DNA of 64,000 bases from Promethearchaeota archaeon (GCA_048939015.1 JBHLPW010000001.1:64001-128000); one strand, 5' to 3'; positions 28,383 to 38,700 are shown, numbered from the stretch's first letter. The notes: generated by a model from the letters alone, not told the origin. Numbers and translations are program-made.

Positions 28383-29993
28383 TTATATATTGATAGATTC
28401 AGCAAGTTTCTTGATTTCGTTTCTATCAAGCTTTCCAGCTTTGGTTAGAGGTAATGAATCAATAAAATTTACAATTCGGGGTTTTTTATATGAGGCAATA
28501 TTGGAAGCACAAAAATCAGACACTTCAGATGAGGTCATTGTTTTACCTGGTTCAAGTGTGATGAAAGCAATAATGATTTGGCCCCATTTATCATCTTGTT
28601 TACCTGATATCGCTACGTTATTGATTTTAGGATGTGTTCTTAAAAAATCCTCAATTTCTCCAGGAAATATCTTTTCTCCACCTGATATTATTAGTTCACT
28701 CGTTCTTCCCACATAGTATACATTACCTTCATTATCCATTTTACAAAGATCTCCTGAACGAAGCCATCCTTCTTCATCGATAACTTCTCTGGTTTTTTCA
28801 TCATCTTTATAATAACCTTTCATTATACTTCTCCCTTTATAGATCATTTCACCAACTATACCAACAGGAACATTTTCACCTTCTTCATTAACAACTCTCA
28901 TTTTAACACCAGTGACTATCTGTCCAATATAACCTTTTTTGATTTTAGGAATATTATCATGAGTCATAAATGCAATTGTAGAAGTACCTATTGTTTCAGT
29001 ACTACCATAACCATCTACAAGAACTTTATCGGGGAATTTCTCTAAAATTTCAATTTTCATATCTTTTGACATTTTCGCTCCACCAGAAGTAATCATTGTA
29101 AGTGAACTTAAATCAAATTTATCTAAATCAGAAAAATCTAACCAGAGTCGATACATAGTAGGAACCATGAAAACAGTAGTAATTTTTTCATCTTGTATTA
29201 TCTGGCATATTTCTTTTGGATCGAAACTCTTACTAACAGGGAAAATCATTAAATGTCTCATTCCAAGATTTGTTAGAACGGGCATTAGACCACTCACATG
29301 AAATATCGGTGTAGGAATTAAAAATTTCATTATCATACCAGGTGGAGGGATTAATGTTTTAGCAGGAATCTTCTTTTTTTTTACTAATTTCATTCCATGT
29401 GTAGGAGTCAAATAGGTTGCATTATACAGATTAGAGTGAGTTAGCATAGCACCTTTAGGCAATCCGGTTGTACCCCCTGTATAAAGTAATAATCCGATTC
29501 CATCATCATCCACTTGAAGTTCAAGATTAGTTGTTTCTTTATCTTTAATAATTTGCTCATAGTTTAACATTCCATTAAACTTTTCTTCTATATCCGCTCC
29601 TACAACGAAAATATGATTGAAATTTTCAAATTTGTACTCGTCAATAATTTTAAGTGTGATTCCAATAAAATTTTTATCTATAAACACTCCTTTTATGTCT
29701 GCATTTTCATATATATATCTGAATTCTGTCGATCCGTATTTTACATTTATAGGTACAGGAATAACTTCGATTTTTTGGAGTCCAAACATTATTTCAAGAT
29801 ATTCTGGTGAGTTATAAAGTAAAATACCATACTTATCACCTTTTTTTGCACCTAACTTCAAAAATGTTCTAGCGATTTGATTTGCTCGGTTATTTAGTGT
29901 ATCGTATGAGTAGACTTTTTTTCCGTGTTTTACAATCTCAAGATCGCCAAAATTTTCTGCTAATTTTTCTAGTACTTTATTTGCATATCCCAT
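28383..29993 (-). CDS. Acyl-CoA synthetase (AMP-forming) / long-chain fatty acid-CoA ligase
   Basis: YTGGTTGLPKG, GYGSTE, SGDL, IISGGEKIFP, LPLTKAGK. Confidence 0.95.
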   Translation of the reverse strand: MGYANKVLEKLAENFGDLEIVKHGKKVYSYDTLNNRANQIARTFLKLGAKKGDKYGILLYNSPEYLEIMFGLQKIEVIPVPINVKYGSTEFRYIYENADIKGVFIDKNFIGITLKIIDEYKFENFNHIFVVGADIEEKFNGMLNYEQIIKDKETTNLELQVDDDGIGLLLYTGGTTGLPKGAMLTHSNLYNATYLTPTHGMKLVKKKKIPAKTLIPPPGMIMKFLIPTPIFHVSGLMPVLTNLGMRHLMIFPVSKSFDPKEICQIIQDEKITTVFMVPTMYRLWLDFSDLDKFDLSSLTMITSGGAKMSKDMKIEILEKFPDKVLVDGYGSTETIGTSTIAFMTHDNIPKIKKGYIGQIVTGVKMRVVNEEGENVPVGIVGEMIYKGRSIMKGYYKDDEKTREVIDEEGWLRSGDLCKMDNEGNVYYVGRTSELIISGGEKIFPGEIEDFLRTHPKINNVAISGKQDDKWGQIIIAFITLEPGKTMTSSEVSDFCASNIASYKKPRIVNFIDSLPLTKAGKLDRNEIKKLAESINI

Positions 29994-30004
29994 AATAATT
30001 TATC

Positions 30005-30424
30005 TTATTTGATAATTTTAAAAATATTGAATTTCAAGCCTGAAGCTTTAATTAAATATAATGAAATAATAGCAAAAAATAAATCAATCAATCCAAAAAT
30101 CAATAATCCTAGTCCAATAGTGGGAATTAGAACTATATTTATATAAATTACAATCTGGATGGCTAAGCGTAATATAATTATTAATAATATATTAAGTAAA
30201 TACTTCTCTACATTGAAAGCCGAGAATGATAACATTAAACCAATAATGATTGCTAGCAAACCAGCAGTTTGAGCAAAAATAGGGTAGTCTAATCGATTTA
30301 TATCTAAACCTAACAAATTTAATAATGGTACAATAAAAAATGTTAATAAGAAACCGAAAATGATTTCGTAAATACCTCCGATGAGAGATACTAACTTGAG
30401 TTTCTTGATTTTACTTTCTGTCAT
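30005..30424 (-). CDS. 4-TM membrane protein in beta-oxidation operon
   Basis: Four hydrophobic helices; tight operon spacing. Confidence 0.75.
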   Translation of the reverse strand: MTESKIKKLKLVSLIGGIYEIIFGFLLTFFIVPLLNLLGLDINRLDYPIFAQTAGLLAIIIGLMLSFSAFNVEKYLLNILLIIILRLAIQIVIYINIVLIPTIGLGLLIFGLIDLFFAIISLYLIKASGLKFNIFKIIK

Positions 30425-30444
30425 TTTTTTTTCCCAATTCTGGC

Positions 30445-31263
30445 TTATCGCCCTAAAAATTTTGGTTCTCTTTTTTCGAAGAAAGCAAGTAATCCTTCTG
30501 TAAAATCCTCAGAATCAAACGCTTTAAATAGACTTTCAGCTTCTCTATCAAGAGCTTCGACAGTTTTTTGTTCAAGTGTTTTATTTATTGCAAGTTTTGC
30601 CAACCCAATCGAAAATGTTGGGCCTTTTGCTAATTTTTCTGCGATTTTTAAAACATTATCCATGAACTTATTATCAGGAAATACACCATTAATTAAACCC
30701 ATCTCTAGGGCTTTTTGTGAGCTAAATCGATCACCAAAGAAAATCAATTCTTTTGCTTTATGGATACCAATTATTCGTGGTAAAATATACGTTGATGACA
30801 TTTCAGGAATAATTGCTCGCTTCATGAAAAAGGTACCTAATTCTGCTGCATCTGAAGCGTAAATTAAATCGCAGTTTAAAGCTACATTCAATCCACCACC
30901 TAAGGCCAAACCATTAATGGCTGCAATTAGAGGTTTTGGTGTGTTTTGCATCTTTAGTACTAATCTCTTTTGAGAAACATCTATCTCCATCTCTCCTGAT
31001 TGCATTTTTCCGCCATCCTCGATTTTATCAACATCACCAGCCATGCCTTCACTTGCTTGATTAAAATCACCTCCGGTAGAAAAAGCTCTACCTTTTCCTG
31101 TGATTATAGCTACTCTAATTTCATTATTGCTCGCAACTTCATCCAATGCTTCATATATTTCATCAAACATTTTGCCATTTATCGCATTCAATTTGTATTC
31201 CCTATTGAAAGTGATAATTGCAACATTCTTCTTAATTTCAAATAAGAGGTACTTGAATTCCAT
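30445..31263 (-). CDS. Enoyl-CoA hydratase/isomerase (crotonase family)
   Basis: AFSTGGD, KPLIAAINGLALGGG, AFFEKREPKFLG. Confidence 0.95.
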   Translation of the reverse strand: MEFKYLLFEIKKNVAIITFNREYKLNAINGKMFDEIYEALDEVASNNEIRVAIITGKGRAFSTGGDFNQASEGMAGDVDKIEDGGKMQSGEMEIDVSQKRLVLKMQNTPKPLIAAINGLALGGGLNVALNCDLIYASDAAELGTFFMKRAIIPEMSSTYILPRIIGIHKAKELIFFGDRFSSQKALEMGLINGVFPDNKFMDNVLKIAEKLAKGPTFSIGLAKLAINKTLEQKTVEALDREAESLFKAFDSEDFTEGLLAFFEKREPKFLGR

Positions 31264-31324
31264 TTTCTAATTACTTCTACTTACTAATTATTATAAAATA
31301 AAAAAAAATAGTTTATTTATCTAT

Positions 31325-31654
31325 TCATTTCATCAACATCTGTAATTTCAGCATATCATTCATGGGTCCTTTTGCTTTAATTTTACCTCCCATAAAGGCT
31401 TTTGTTGGGCTCAGTTCTCCATCCATGATATCAATAATTACTTCACTAGTGGTTGTAATAATCATATCAGGTTCTTCAATCTCACCCTCTTTTATTTCGC
31501 ATTTCGCATTTTTGAATACGAGATAATAATTATCAGTATCAGTGAAATTGAATTGTAATATTTTATCAAAATCTTTAAAACGATCTTGATATGCTGGATC
31601 ATCCAACTTGCTAACCATTTTTTTAATTCCTTCAACTAATTCTTCATTTCCCAA
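31325..31654 (-). CDS. SCP2 sterol-binding domain protein
   Basis: PDMIITTTSEVIIDIMDGELSPTKAFMGGKIKAKG; TTG at 31654 follows GGAGG (ORF track start 31669 is the alternative). Confidence 0.88.
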   Translation of the reverse strand: MGNEELVEGIKKMVSKLDDPAYQDRFKDFDKILQFNFTDTDNYYLVFKNAKCEIKEGEIEEPDMIITTTSEVIIDIMDGELSPTKAFMGGKIKAKGPMNDMLKLQMLMK

Positions 31655-31691
31655 AATAATAACCTCCATTTACTTATTATGTTTATGTTCT

Positions 31692-32492
31692 CTATTTTCC
31701 TTTCCATTTCGGCTCTCTATTTCCTTCCATGAAAGCGGTGAAACCTTCAATTACGTCTTCACTATGAAACAATTCTTGAAACGGTTCCCATAAGCTGCCA
31801 ATCGCTCTGGTTCTAGTGAAATGATATCCTTGCTGAAACCATTTCTTTGTCCATTTGTGACTTAGAGGGGCTACTTTTTTCATTTCTTCTGCCATTTCTA
31901 TTGCTGCCTGCATTAACTCATCGTGGGGGACTACTTTATTTAGCAATCCCATCCTAAAGGCTTCATCAGCGGAAATAACTTTACCAGTTAATAATAATTC
32001 TTTCGTATGACGCATCCCTATTAATTCAGGTAGTAGCATGAATGCAACTCCACTCGCTAAGCCTCTTCGATTTTCCCAGAAACCCATAACTGCATCATCT
32101 GCCGCTAAAGCACAATCGCACCATAATGTTAATTCAAGGCCTCCAGCGTAAGCATAACCATTTATCGCAGCTATTATTGGTTTTGGATACCGTGCCATTA
32201 ATTCACATGGATCGAGTAAAATCCCCAAAAAGTCTCCTAGATTCTTAAATCCAGTGGAAGACATTTCTTTAATATCCAGTCCCGCTGAAAAAGCTCTGCC
32301 ACCTTTATATTCTTCATCATTACCAGTTAGAATAATAACTCTGACGTTAATATCATCCCACGTATCTAATAAAACCTGCCCTATACTCGCCCAGACGTCT
32401 CTACATAATGCATTCCTACGATCTGGTCTATCTATTGTAATTATTCCGATTTCGTCTTTTACTTCAAACTTAATCTCTTTATATTTTGCCAA
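31692..32492 (-). CDS. Enoyl-CoA hydratase/isomerase (crotonase family)
   Basis: AFSAGLD, KPIIAAINGYAYAGGLEL, EPKWKGK. Confidence 0.95.
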   Translation of the reverse strand: MAKYKEIKFEVKDEIGIITIDRPDRRNALCRDVWASIGQVLLDTWDDINVRVIILTGNDEEYKGGRAFSAGLDIKEMSSTGFKNLGDFLGILLDPCELMARYPKPIIAAINGYAYAGGLELTLWCDCALAADDAVMGFWENRRGLASGVAFMLLPELIGMRHTKELLLTGKVISADEAFRMGLLNKVVPHDELMQAAIEMAEEMKKVAPLSHKWTKKWFQQGYHFTRTRAIGSLWEPFQELFHSEDVIEGFTAFMEGNREPKWKGK

Positions 32493-32514
32493 TTTACTTT
32501 ACCTCCTTTACTAT

Positions 32515-33759
32515 TTATAATATTTCAGCTTCATCTTTTGTTGGTCCTCTAACTGAAGGTGTTACCATTCTTTCATCAACGTCCTGCATGAATTCATTCC
32601 GACCAATGAATAATTTTAAAATGTCATTCGAACCCCCAGCTATTTGCATTAATGCGGCATTCTTTAATATTCCACCAATTCCTGTTTCTTGTAGATATCC
32701 ATCACCTCCACATATGAATAGCGCATCTAAAGCCATTTCCGTCAAAGATTGGGTTCCAAAAATTTTCGCGGTAGAAGATTTGAGAGCAAAAGTAAACATA
32801 TCTGCTTCTCCAGTATCCAATAAATGAGCCAAGTAATAAAGATATACTCGTGTAAGGTTCATTTTCATGCTAATATTTGCCATTCTTAACTGAACACCAT
32901 TATATCGAGAAATTGGAGATCCAAATTGTACTCTTCTTCGGCCATAAGCTCTGGAAGTTTCCAGTAAGTTTTTAGCGGAACCAACAACTCCTGCTATTCC
33001 TAAACGTTCTATATTTAATGCACTTGTCATCACAGTCCATCCATCACCAGGATCTAAGATCATAAATTCTTCTGGAACACGTACATCTTTATATCTTATG
33101 ACAGAATTAGCCATTTCAACATCACCTATAAGTTGATTTATTTTTTCGAATGTGATTCCGTCGAGATTAGTTGGTACAAAAAAAGCTGTTAGATGTCGGT
33201 GGATTCTCCTCATCTCTGGGTCTGTATTAGCATATAACATGTGATAGTGCGATAAGGGACCAAGCGTAATGAAACGTTTCCATCCATTTAGAACCCACTC
33301 ATCACCATCTTTCTCTGCATGCAATTGGATACCAGCAGCATCATTCCCTACATCTGGTTCAGTAACCGTTATAGAAGCCCATTTTTCACCTTTTACAAGT
33401 GGAATCATAAATTTCTCTTTTTGTGCTTCTGTTCCAAACAAATGCACAGGACCAGCTCCAAAAACTGATGTAAGAAGAGGATTAATATTTATCATTGAAC
33501 GTCCAACTTCTTCATTGAGGATAGTATATCCGGCATACCCTTTATTTCTGCCACCATATTCTTCTTCAGCCAAAACCATTAAAGGATGAAATCCTTTATC
33601 AATGCATATCTTTGATGCCTCCCACTGAATCTCCATTGGATCTTTGTTCTGTTCTAGAAATTTTATAGCGCGAGGTTGAAGTTCCGTGTCACAAAAGTTT
33701 TCAACTTCATCAGCAAACTGCTTTGTCTCCTTATCCCACCAGGGCATATAATCAAACAT
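32515..33759 (-). CDS. Acyl-CoA dehydrogenase
   Basis: VTEPDVGND, LNGWKRFIT, ERLGIA, RVQFGSPI, LFICGGDGY, IAGGSNDI. Confidence 0.95.
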   Translation of the reverse strand: MFDYMPWWDKETKQFADEVENFCDTELQPRAIKFLEQNKDPMEIQWEASKICIDKGFHPLMVLAEEEYGGRNKGYAGYTILNEEVGRSMININPLLTSVFGAGPVHLFGTEAQKEKFMIPLVKGEKWASITVTEPDVGNDAAGIQLHAEKDGDEWVLNGWKRFITLGPLSHYHMLYANTDPEMRRIHRHLTAFFVPTNLDGITFEKINQLIGDVEMANSVIRYKDVRVPEEFMILDPGDGWTVMTSALNIERLGIAGVVGSAKNLLETSRAYGRRRVQFGSPISRYNGVQLRMANISMKMNLTRVYLYYLAHLLDTGEADMFTFALKSSTAKIFGTQSLTEMALDALFICGGDGYLQETGIGGILKNAALMQIAGGSNDILKLFIGRNEFMQDVDERMVTPSVRGPTKDEAEIL

Positions 33760-34058
33760 TATCGATATCCCTCGGCATTGTAATTTTTATAAGCATCCTT
33801 TCCCATACCATATTTTAGGTTTATATCTCCAATTTCATTTAAACCTTGCCATGAAATTTTAGCTAATTTTATTTTTTCTTTTTCAACATAGAGATTTGCT
33901 AGATTGGCATCACCTAGGGTTTTTAGTACTGGTTGAATGTCTTTCTTTTTCACTCCAAGTAATGACGCCATTTGATCAGCTTCCATATGAAGGGCTTGAT
34001 TGTATTCAAAATTTTTTGCTAAAAGCTTAAGTGCTCTTAATTCTAATTCTTCGTAAAT
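33759..34058 (-). CDS. Small winged-helix protein heading the beta-oxidation operon; probable ATT start
   Basis: Frame is open 24 codons upstream of ATG 33986 to ATT at 34058, which sits 6 nt after AGGTGA SD and directly after an in-frame TAA; extension adds helix YEELELRALKLLAK. Confidence 0.6.
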   Translation of the reverse strand: MYEELELRALKLLAKNFEYNQALHMEADQMASLLGVKKKDIQPVLKTLGDANLANLYVEKEKIKLAKISWQGLNEIGDINLKYGMGKDAYKNYNAEGYR

Positions 34059-34158
34059 TTATATTCACCTTCAATTTTTTATTATACGAATTTCGTCAAA
34101 GCTTAAAAATCAATCCTAAAAGGCATCTAATCAAGTTTGAACAAATTTAAACTTTTTT

Positions 34159-34200
34159 AATTTATTTAGATTGATCAAATTTATTTAGATAGATCAAATT
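34159..34200. repeat. Tandem 19-bp direct repeat in divergent promoter (candidate operator)
   Basis: aatttatttagattgatca / aatttatttagatagatca (18/19 identical), followed by aatt. Confidence 0.7.
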
Positions 34201-34256
34201 ATATAATATAATTTAAGATAAAATTCTGATATTAAAACTAAATATATTGATGGATT

Positions 34257-35069
34257 ATGGATGTAGACGAATTATTATTCGAATTTTCTCATAAAGGAAG
34301 ATATAATGTGTTAAAAAGTTTATATCGTCAATCAAAGAAGCATAACCAACTTGTAAAAGAATTAGACATCCCTGGATCTGAAATATCACGCCATTTAAAA
34401 AGATTATTTCAAAAAGATTTAATTAGCAAGGGAATTGACAATAAATATTTTGTAACAAATATAGGAAAAATATTTCTACAAATGATAGACATTTTCGAAG
34501 TTTCTTTAAATAATAGAGAGTATTTGAATAGCCATGATATTACTGCAATCCCAGTACATCTCATCTTTCAGTTGGGAAAATTAAAAACAGTAGAATTAAG
34601 TAATAAAACCATGGAAAACATGGAGATTTTTGAAAATTTAGTTAAAGGCTCTAGTGAATTTCTTTTAGCAATAACAGATCAATATCAAAAGTCTCTACTT
34701 ATAGAAGCGGAAAAAAAAATGAATGATAAAAGAACTTCGATTAAAGCTTTAGTAGATAGAAACCTTCTAAAATCTTATAACATACCTGAAGGATGGTCAA
34801 CCTTATTTAAAGACCCACAAGAATTATTTAAAAAGATGCTTAAAAATATTCGAATATTGCATAAAATTCAACTATCGCTTGTTGTAACTGAAAAAGGAGC
34901 CATACTTTTCTTGAGTAAAGATGGTATCATAGATTATAGCCATTGCCTGATTGATAATCATGATAGTTTTATAAAATGGACAAAAGAATTATTTGAATGG
35001 TATTGGGAAAAAGGAAAGAACTTAAGACCGTTTATCCGAAAAATAATACGATCTAAACAGCAATTTTAA
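34257..35069 (+). CDS. Archaeal winged-helix transcriptional regulator (ArsR-like HTH plus DUF1724-like domain)
   Basis: SHKGRYNVL...SEISRHLKRL...VTNIG; C-terminal FIKWTKELFEWYW. Confidence 0.82.
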   Translation: MDVDELLFEFSHKGRYNVLKSLYRQSKKHNQLVKELDIPGSEISRHLKRLFQKDLISKGIDNKYFVTNIGKIFLQMIDIFEVSLNNREYLNSHDITAIPVHLIFQLGKLKTVELSNKTMENMEIFENLVKGSSEFLLAITDQYQKSLLIEAEKKMNDKRTSIKALVDRNLLKSYNIPEGWSTLFKDPQELFKKMLKNIRILHKIQLSLVVTEKGAILFLSKDGIIDYSHCLIDNHDSFIKWTKELFEWYWEKGKNLRPFIRKIIRSKQQF

Positions 35070-36190
35070 ATTTTTCCTTGTTCTTCTAATTTAGTTTTTT
35101 CTTCAAGAATTTTCTCATATAGTTCTTCCATAGTCCGAGGAGGTATATGTTGTTTTTCTTTTTTTCGAAGCATAATGGCTTCAGAAGGACATTTTACAAT
35201 ACAATTACCACAACCTATGCATCTAATTTTATCAATTGAGGAGATATCGTCTAATTGAGTAATAGCTTTCATTTGACAGCGATCTATGCATGTCCCACAT
35301 CCAGTACATAATTCAGGATCTATTTCAGCATAATAATTTGAAATTGCATAATTATACGGATCGGGTAGCTTTAATAAGTTAGCAATACCTCCGTCGCAAC
35401 AATAGCAGCAACTACAAATAAAATCAAAATTTTGAGCATTATTTGGCCGAAAAATCAGCCCCTCTTCTTGATTTTGGTGTAGTAAATTAATGGCTTCTTC
35501 TTTACTAATTTGAGTACCCCACCCTAGATCAATAGTATGTTGAGCAATATCTCCAATTCCTAGACAATTATCTTTATGATTTGTCATTTTACAGGGCTTT
35601 CCACGAAATTCCATTTCTTGACGGCAAATACAATTCATCTTCACAAAGGGTCCCTTGCTTTCTTCTATAGCTTTTCTTACATTATCAAAAGGGGCAAAAA
35701 AGTGCTCTGGAACAACATCTATATCAACAGGAATAATACGGATTTGATTGTATTGTGTAGGGTTAGCTTTTTCTCCCCAAATTTCACTCATATATTCATC
35801 AAATGCATCTAAAAATTCTTGTGTAAGTTTATTTACTTGATTTTCATATATTCCAATAATTAATGCTGTATTGCTATAAAATTTCGTATTCCCTTCTTTT
35901 TTTTGCGAAATTGAACCCTTTTGTGCCATAATATCTAATTGTGTTTCTAATTCTGTTATAAGAATCCCCGTATGCTCAATTCGCTTATAAATTTTATCTA
36001 AAGGCTCAAGATCTTTATACCAGCCAAATCTTAAATATGTAGCTATTCTTGCTTCTTCAGGAGTAAAGAGAAGTTTTAATAATCGTATGTCAGAGCCAGA
36101 TTCTGCGCGAGGGAACCCAATTGGCATTTTATCAAGGTGTTCCTGCAATTGTCTATAAATTTCAAAATCTTTGTTTTCCATTCTATTCAC
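35066..36190 (-). CDS. 4Fe-4S dicluster protein with Cys-rich central domain, paralog 1
   Basis: LDKMPIGFP, LFTPEEA, CICR, CSCCYCC, two CxxCxxCxxxC motifs. Confidence 0.85.
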   Translation of the reverse strand: MNRMENKDFEIYRQLQEHLDKMPIGFPRAESGSDIRLLKLLFTPEEARIATYLRFGWYKDLEPLDKIYKRIEHTGILITELETQLDIMAQKGSISQKKEGNTKFYSNTALIIGIYENQVNKLTQEFLDAFDEYMSEIWGEKANPTQYNQIRIIPVDIDVVPEHFFAPFDNVRKAIEESKGPFVKMNCICRQEMEFRGKPCKMTNHKDNCLGIGDIAQHTIDLGWGTQISKEEAINLLHQNQEEGLIFRPNNAQNFDFICSCCYCCDGGIANLLKLPDPYNYAISNYYAEIDPELCTGCGTCIDRCQMKAITQLDDISSIDKIRCIGCGNCIVKCPSEAIMLRKKEKQHIPPRTMEELYEKILEEKTKLEEQGKI

Positions 36191-36272
36191 TTTAATAGAT
36201 ATATGCTGAATCCATAAATAAAGCTATTTATAACTTAACATCCCAATTGTATATAATATTATTTAAAAAAAA

Positions 36273-37280
36273 ATGAGGAAAATGGATTTCTCCAACAGTA
36301 AACTTGTCAAAATTTTACCATCTGTGTTATATGTTGGACTCTGTGCTTTTATTCTGCTTTTAGATTTTAATATTTGGATTGAAGGATCTGCTGAATATCC
36401 TAGATTTTATATCATGCCAATAGTGTATTCACTGATTTTTTTAATTATTTTGATATTTTTAATAAAATATATTAAATCTAAGAAAGAATTAAGGGCAATA
36501 CCTTCCGAAATCAGCTATAATAACACTTGGATATTATTTATTGCTTATTTAGCCGTAATATGGTTTCCAAGACAATTTATGATTTGGAAGTTTGGGGTAA
36601 CATTTGAAAAAATCCCTATTTTATATTTGATAATCACTCAAATAGTTCTTCTTGAAGGAATATTTTTAACGGAATTTGGTTTAAAAAGAGAGCAGCTTGT
36701 AAAGAATATTATTCTTGGTTGTGCAATTGCATTAATTGATATTTCAATGATGACAATATTTAATATTTTAATACCTGTAATTATTCAAGGTACAACAGTT
36801 CTTTCAAATCTAGAACCATTTGATATTACTCAATTCATCACTTTTCCATGGCAACTTCTTGCTGTTGGTATTAGTGAAGAGCTTTTCTTTAGAGGGTACT
36901 TTTTTACTAAATTTAGACGATCTGGAAAATCCTTTTGGCATAGTGCTGTTATTACATCTTTTGTGTTTATGATCTTTCATATTCCATGGTTAATCACTAT
37001 TGATTTTGAGTTACGTTTGTATATACCTTATGTTATATGGAGAGTTATTAACACGTTTCCTTTTGGGTTAATTTGTTGTGCTCTTTATGAAAAAACGACT
37101 AGTTTGACCGCTCCAATTGTATATCATGGATTTAGTAATTCATTATCTACATTCATAGTAGTTAGTATAGGTCCAAATTTTATAATTGAATTTTTAATTT
37201 GGATTATTGCGTTTTTTGTTTTGTTAAGTATTACTTTTTTAACACCATTGATATGCAAGCTCTTCAAATTTGAACAATAA
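36273..37280 (+). CDS. CPBP (CAAX/Abi) family intramembrane metalloprotease
   Basis: SEELFFRG, FMIFH, YHGFSN motifs. Confidence 0.9.
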   Translation: MRKMDFSNSKLVKILPSVLYVGLCAFILLLDFNIWIEGSAEYPRFYIMPIVYSLIFLIILIFLIKYIKSKKELRAIPSEISYNNTWILFIAYLAVIWFPRQFMIWKFGVTFEKIPILYLIITQIVLLEGIFLTEFGLKREQLVKNIILGCAIALIDISMMTIFNILIPVIIQGTTVLSNLEPFDITQFITFPWQLLAVGISEELFFRGYFFTKFRRSGKSFWHSAVITSFVFMIFHIPWLITIDFELRLYIPYVIWRVINTFPFGLICCALYEKTTSLTAPIVYHGFSNSLSTFIVVSIGPNFIIEFLIWIIAFFVLLSITFLTPLICKLFKFEQ

Positions 37281-37369
37281 TACGACACATAAATTAATTT
37301 TTATTTTATAAAATTTTTTTATAGATATTAATACAATTTAGCAAACTTAGAAAACTGAGATATTAATAG

Positions 37370-38686
37370 GTGCTTAATCTGAAAATAGTGATAATAGGAG
37401 CGGGTTCGCTACAATTTGGACTAGGTACAATAGAATCTATTTTGAAAAGTAAAATTTTACGAGGATCTACAATCTCTTTACATGACATTAATGTAGAGAC
37501 ACTTGACTTAGTATATAAAGCATGTGAATCCGCTAAAAATAGGACAAATTTAGATTTTGATCTAGAATCTACTGTAAATAGACAAGAAGCATTAAAAAAT
37601 GCTGATTTTATTATAAATTCTATTGAAATTCCACCCAGATTTGAATTATTGGACATGGATTTTCGTGTACCTCAGCAATATGGTAATAAACAAATTACAG
37701 GGGAAAATGGTGGACCTGGGGCTTTATTCCATTCACTGAGAGTTGTTCCTCCGATATTAGATATTTGTGGAGATGTTCAAAAAATCTGTCCTAATGCATT
37801 ATTTATTAATTATTCTAATCCAATGAGTATAATCTGTCTTGCGATTAAAAAAAGATATCCTTCATTAAAATTTGTTGGACTCTGTCACGAATATCAGCAT
37901 TTTTACCCAATATTAGAAAAAATTCTTGATATCCCAATTTCTAACTTAGATATTAAAGCTGGAGGTTTTAATCATTTTGGTATCATTTTAGATATAAAAT
38001 ATAAAGATACAGGTAGAGATGCATATCCAGATATACGAAAAAATGGTCCAAAAGTACTTAAATCGATAAAACAAGGTCCTCATCTTGATGATGGTTATGA
38101 TTTGATATCTTTTATTTTAGAAACGTATGGTTATTTACCTTACACAACAGATTCACACTATGGAGAGTATATCCATTGGGCATGGGAAAAAGCAGATATC
38201 AGCGCAGTACGTAGATTTCATGTTAGGTATAAACAAATTTTAGCAGCAAATTTTAAGAGATTGAGTAGGCAAATCAAAAATGGCAAGGATTTAAAACCAT
38301 TGCTACCAACCGAAGAAAATGCTATACCAATTATTGAAGGGATTATAAGTGATGCTAACTATGAAGAACCTTCTGTTAACATCCCTAATGCGGGAATAAT
38401 AACTAATTTACCGAGTAATTTTATTGTGGAATGTCCTGCGATAATCAATAAAGGTGGAATCCATGGTATAACTCTTGGAGATTTCCCTAAAGGACTATTA
38501 GCATTTTTAAGGACGCAAGCTTCATTTCAAGAATTAGTGGTTGAAACTATTCTTACTAAATCTAAAAACTTTGCACTACAGGCTTTACTTGCTAATCCTA
38601 CAATAGAAACAACCTGGCAAGCAAAAAAAATATTGGAAGAAATGTTAGAATTACAAAAAAATTACCTTCAAATAGAATTAGAGTAA
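37370..38686 (+). CDS. Glycoside hydrolase family 4 (alpha-galactosidase/alpha-glucosidase)
   Basis: IIGAGS, GENGGPG, NYSNP, GLCH, GFNH, DSHYGEY. Confidence 0.92.
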   Translation: MLNLKIVIIGAGSLQFGLGTIESILKSKILRGSTISLHDINVETLDLVYKACESAKNRTNLDFDLESTVNRQEALKNADFIINSIEIPPRFELLDMDFRVPQQYGNKQITGENGGPGALFHSLRVVPPILDICGDVQKICPNALFINYSNPMSIICLAIKKRYPSLKFVGLCHEYQHFYPILEKILDIPISNLDIKAGGFNHFGIILDIKYKDTGRDAYPDIRKNGPKVLKSIKQGPHLDDGYDLISFILETYGYLPYTTDSHYGEYIHWAWEKADISAVRRFHVRYKQILAANFKRLSRQIKNGKDLKPLLPTEENAIPIIEGIISDANYEEPSVNIPNAGIITNLPSNFIVECPAIINKGGIHGITLGDFPKGLLAFLRTQASFQELVVETILTKSKNFALQALLANPTIETTWQAKKILEEMLELQKNYLQIELE

Positions 38687-38700
38687 GATCTCCCTATACT

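Noticed and set aside
28186-28716. 176-aa plus-strand ORF
   Set aside because: Antisense to the acyl-CoA ligase and to the 45-aa zinc-finger gene; no motifs; shadow ORF
34159-34200. Possible mini-CRISPR or iteron array
   Set aside because: Two directly adjacent 19-bp copies with no spacer and no cas or rep genes nearby
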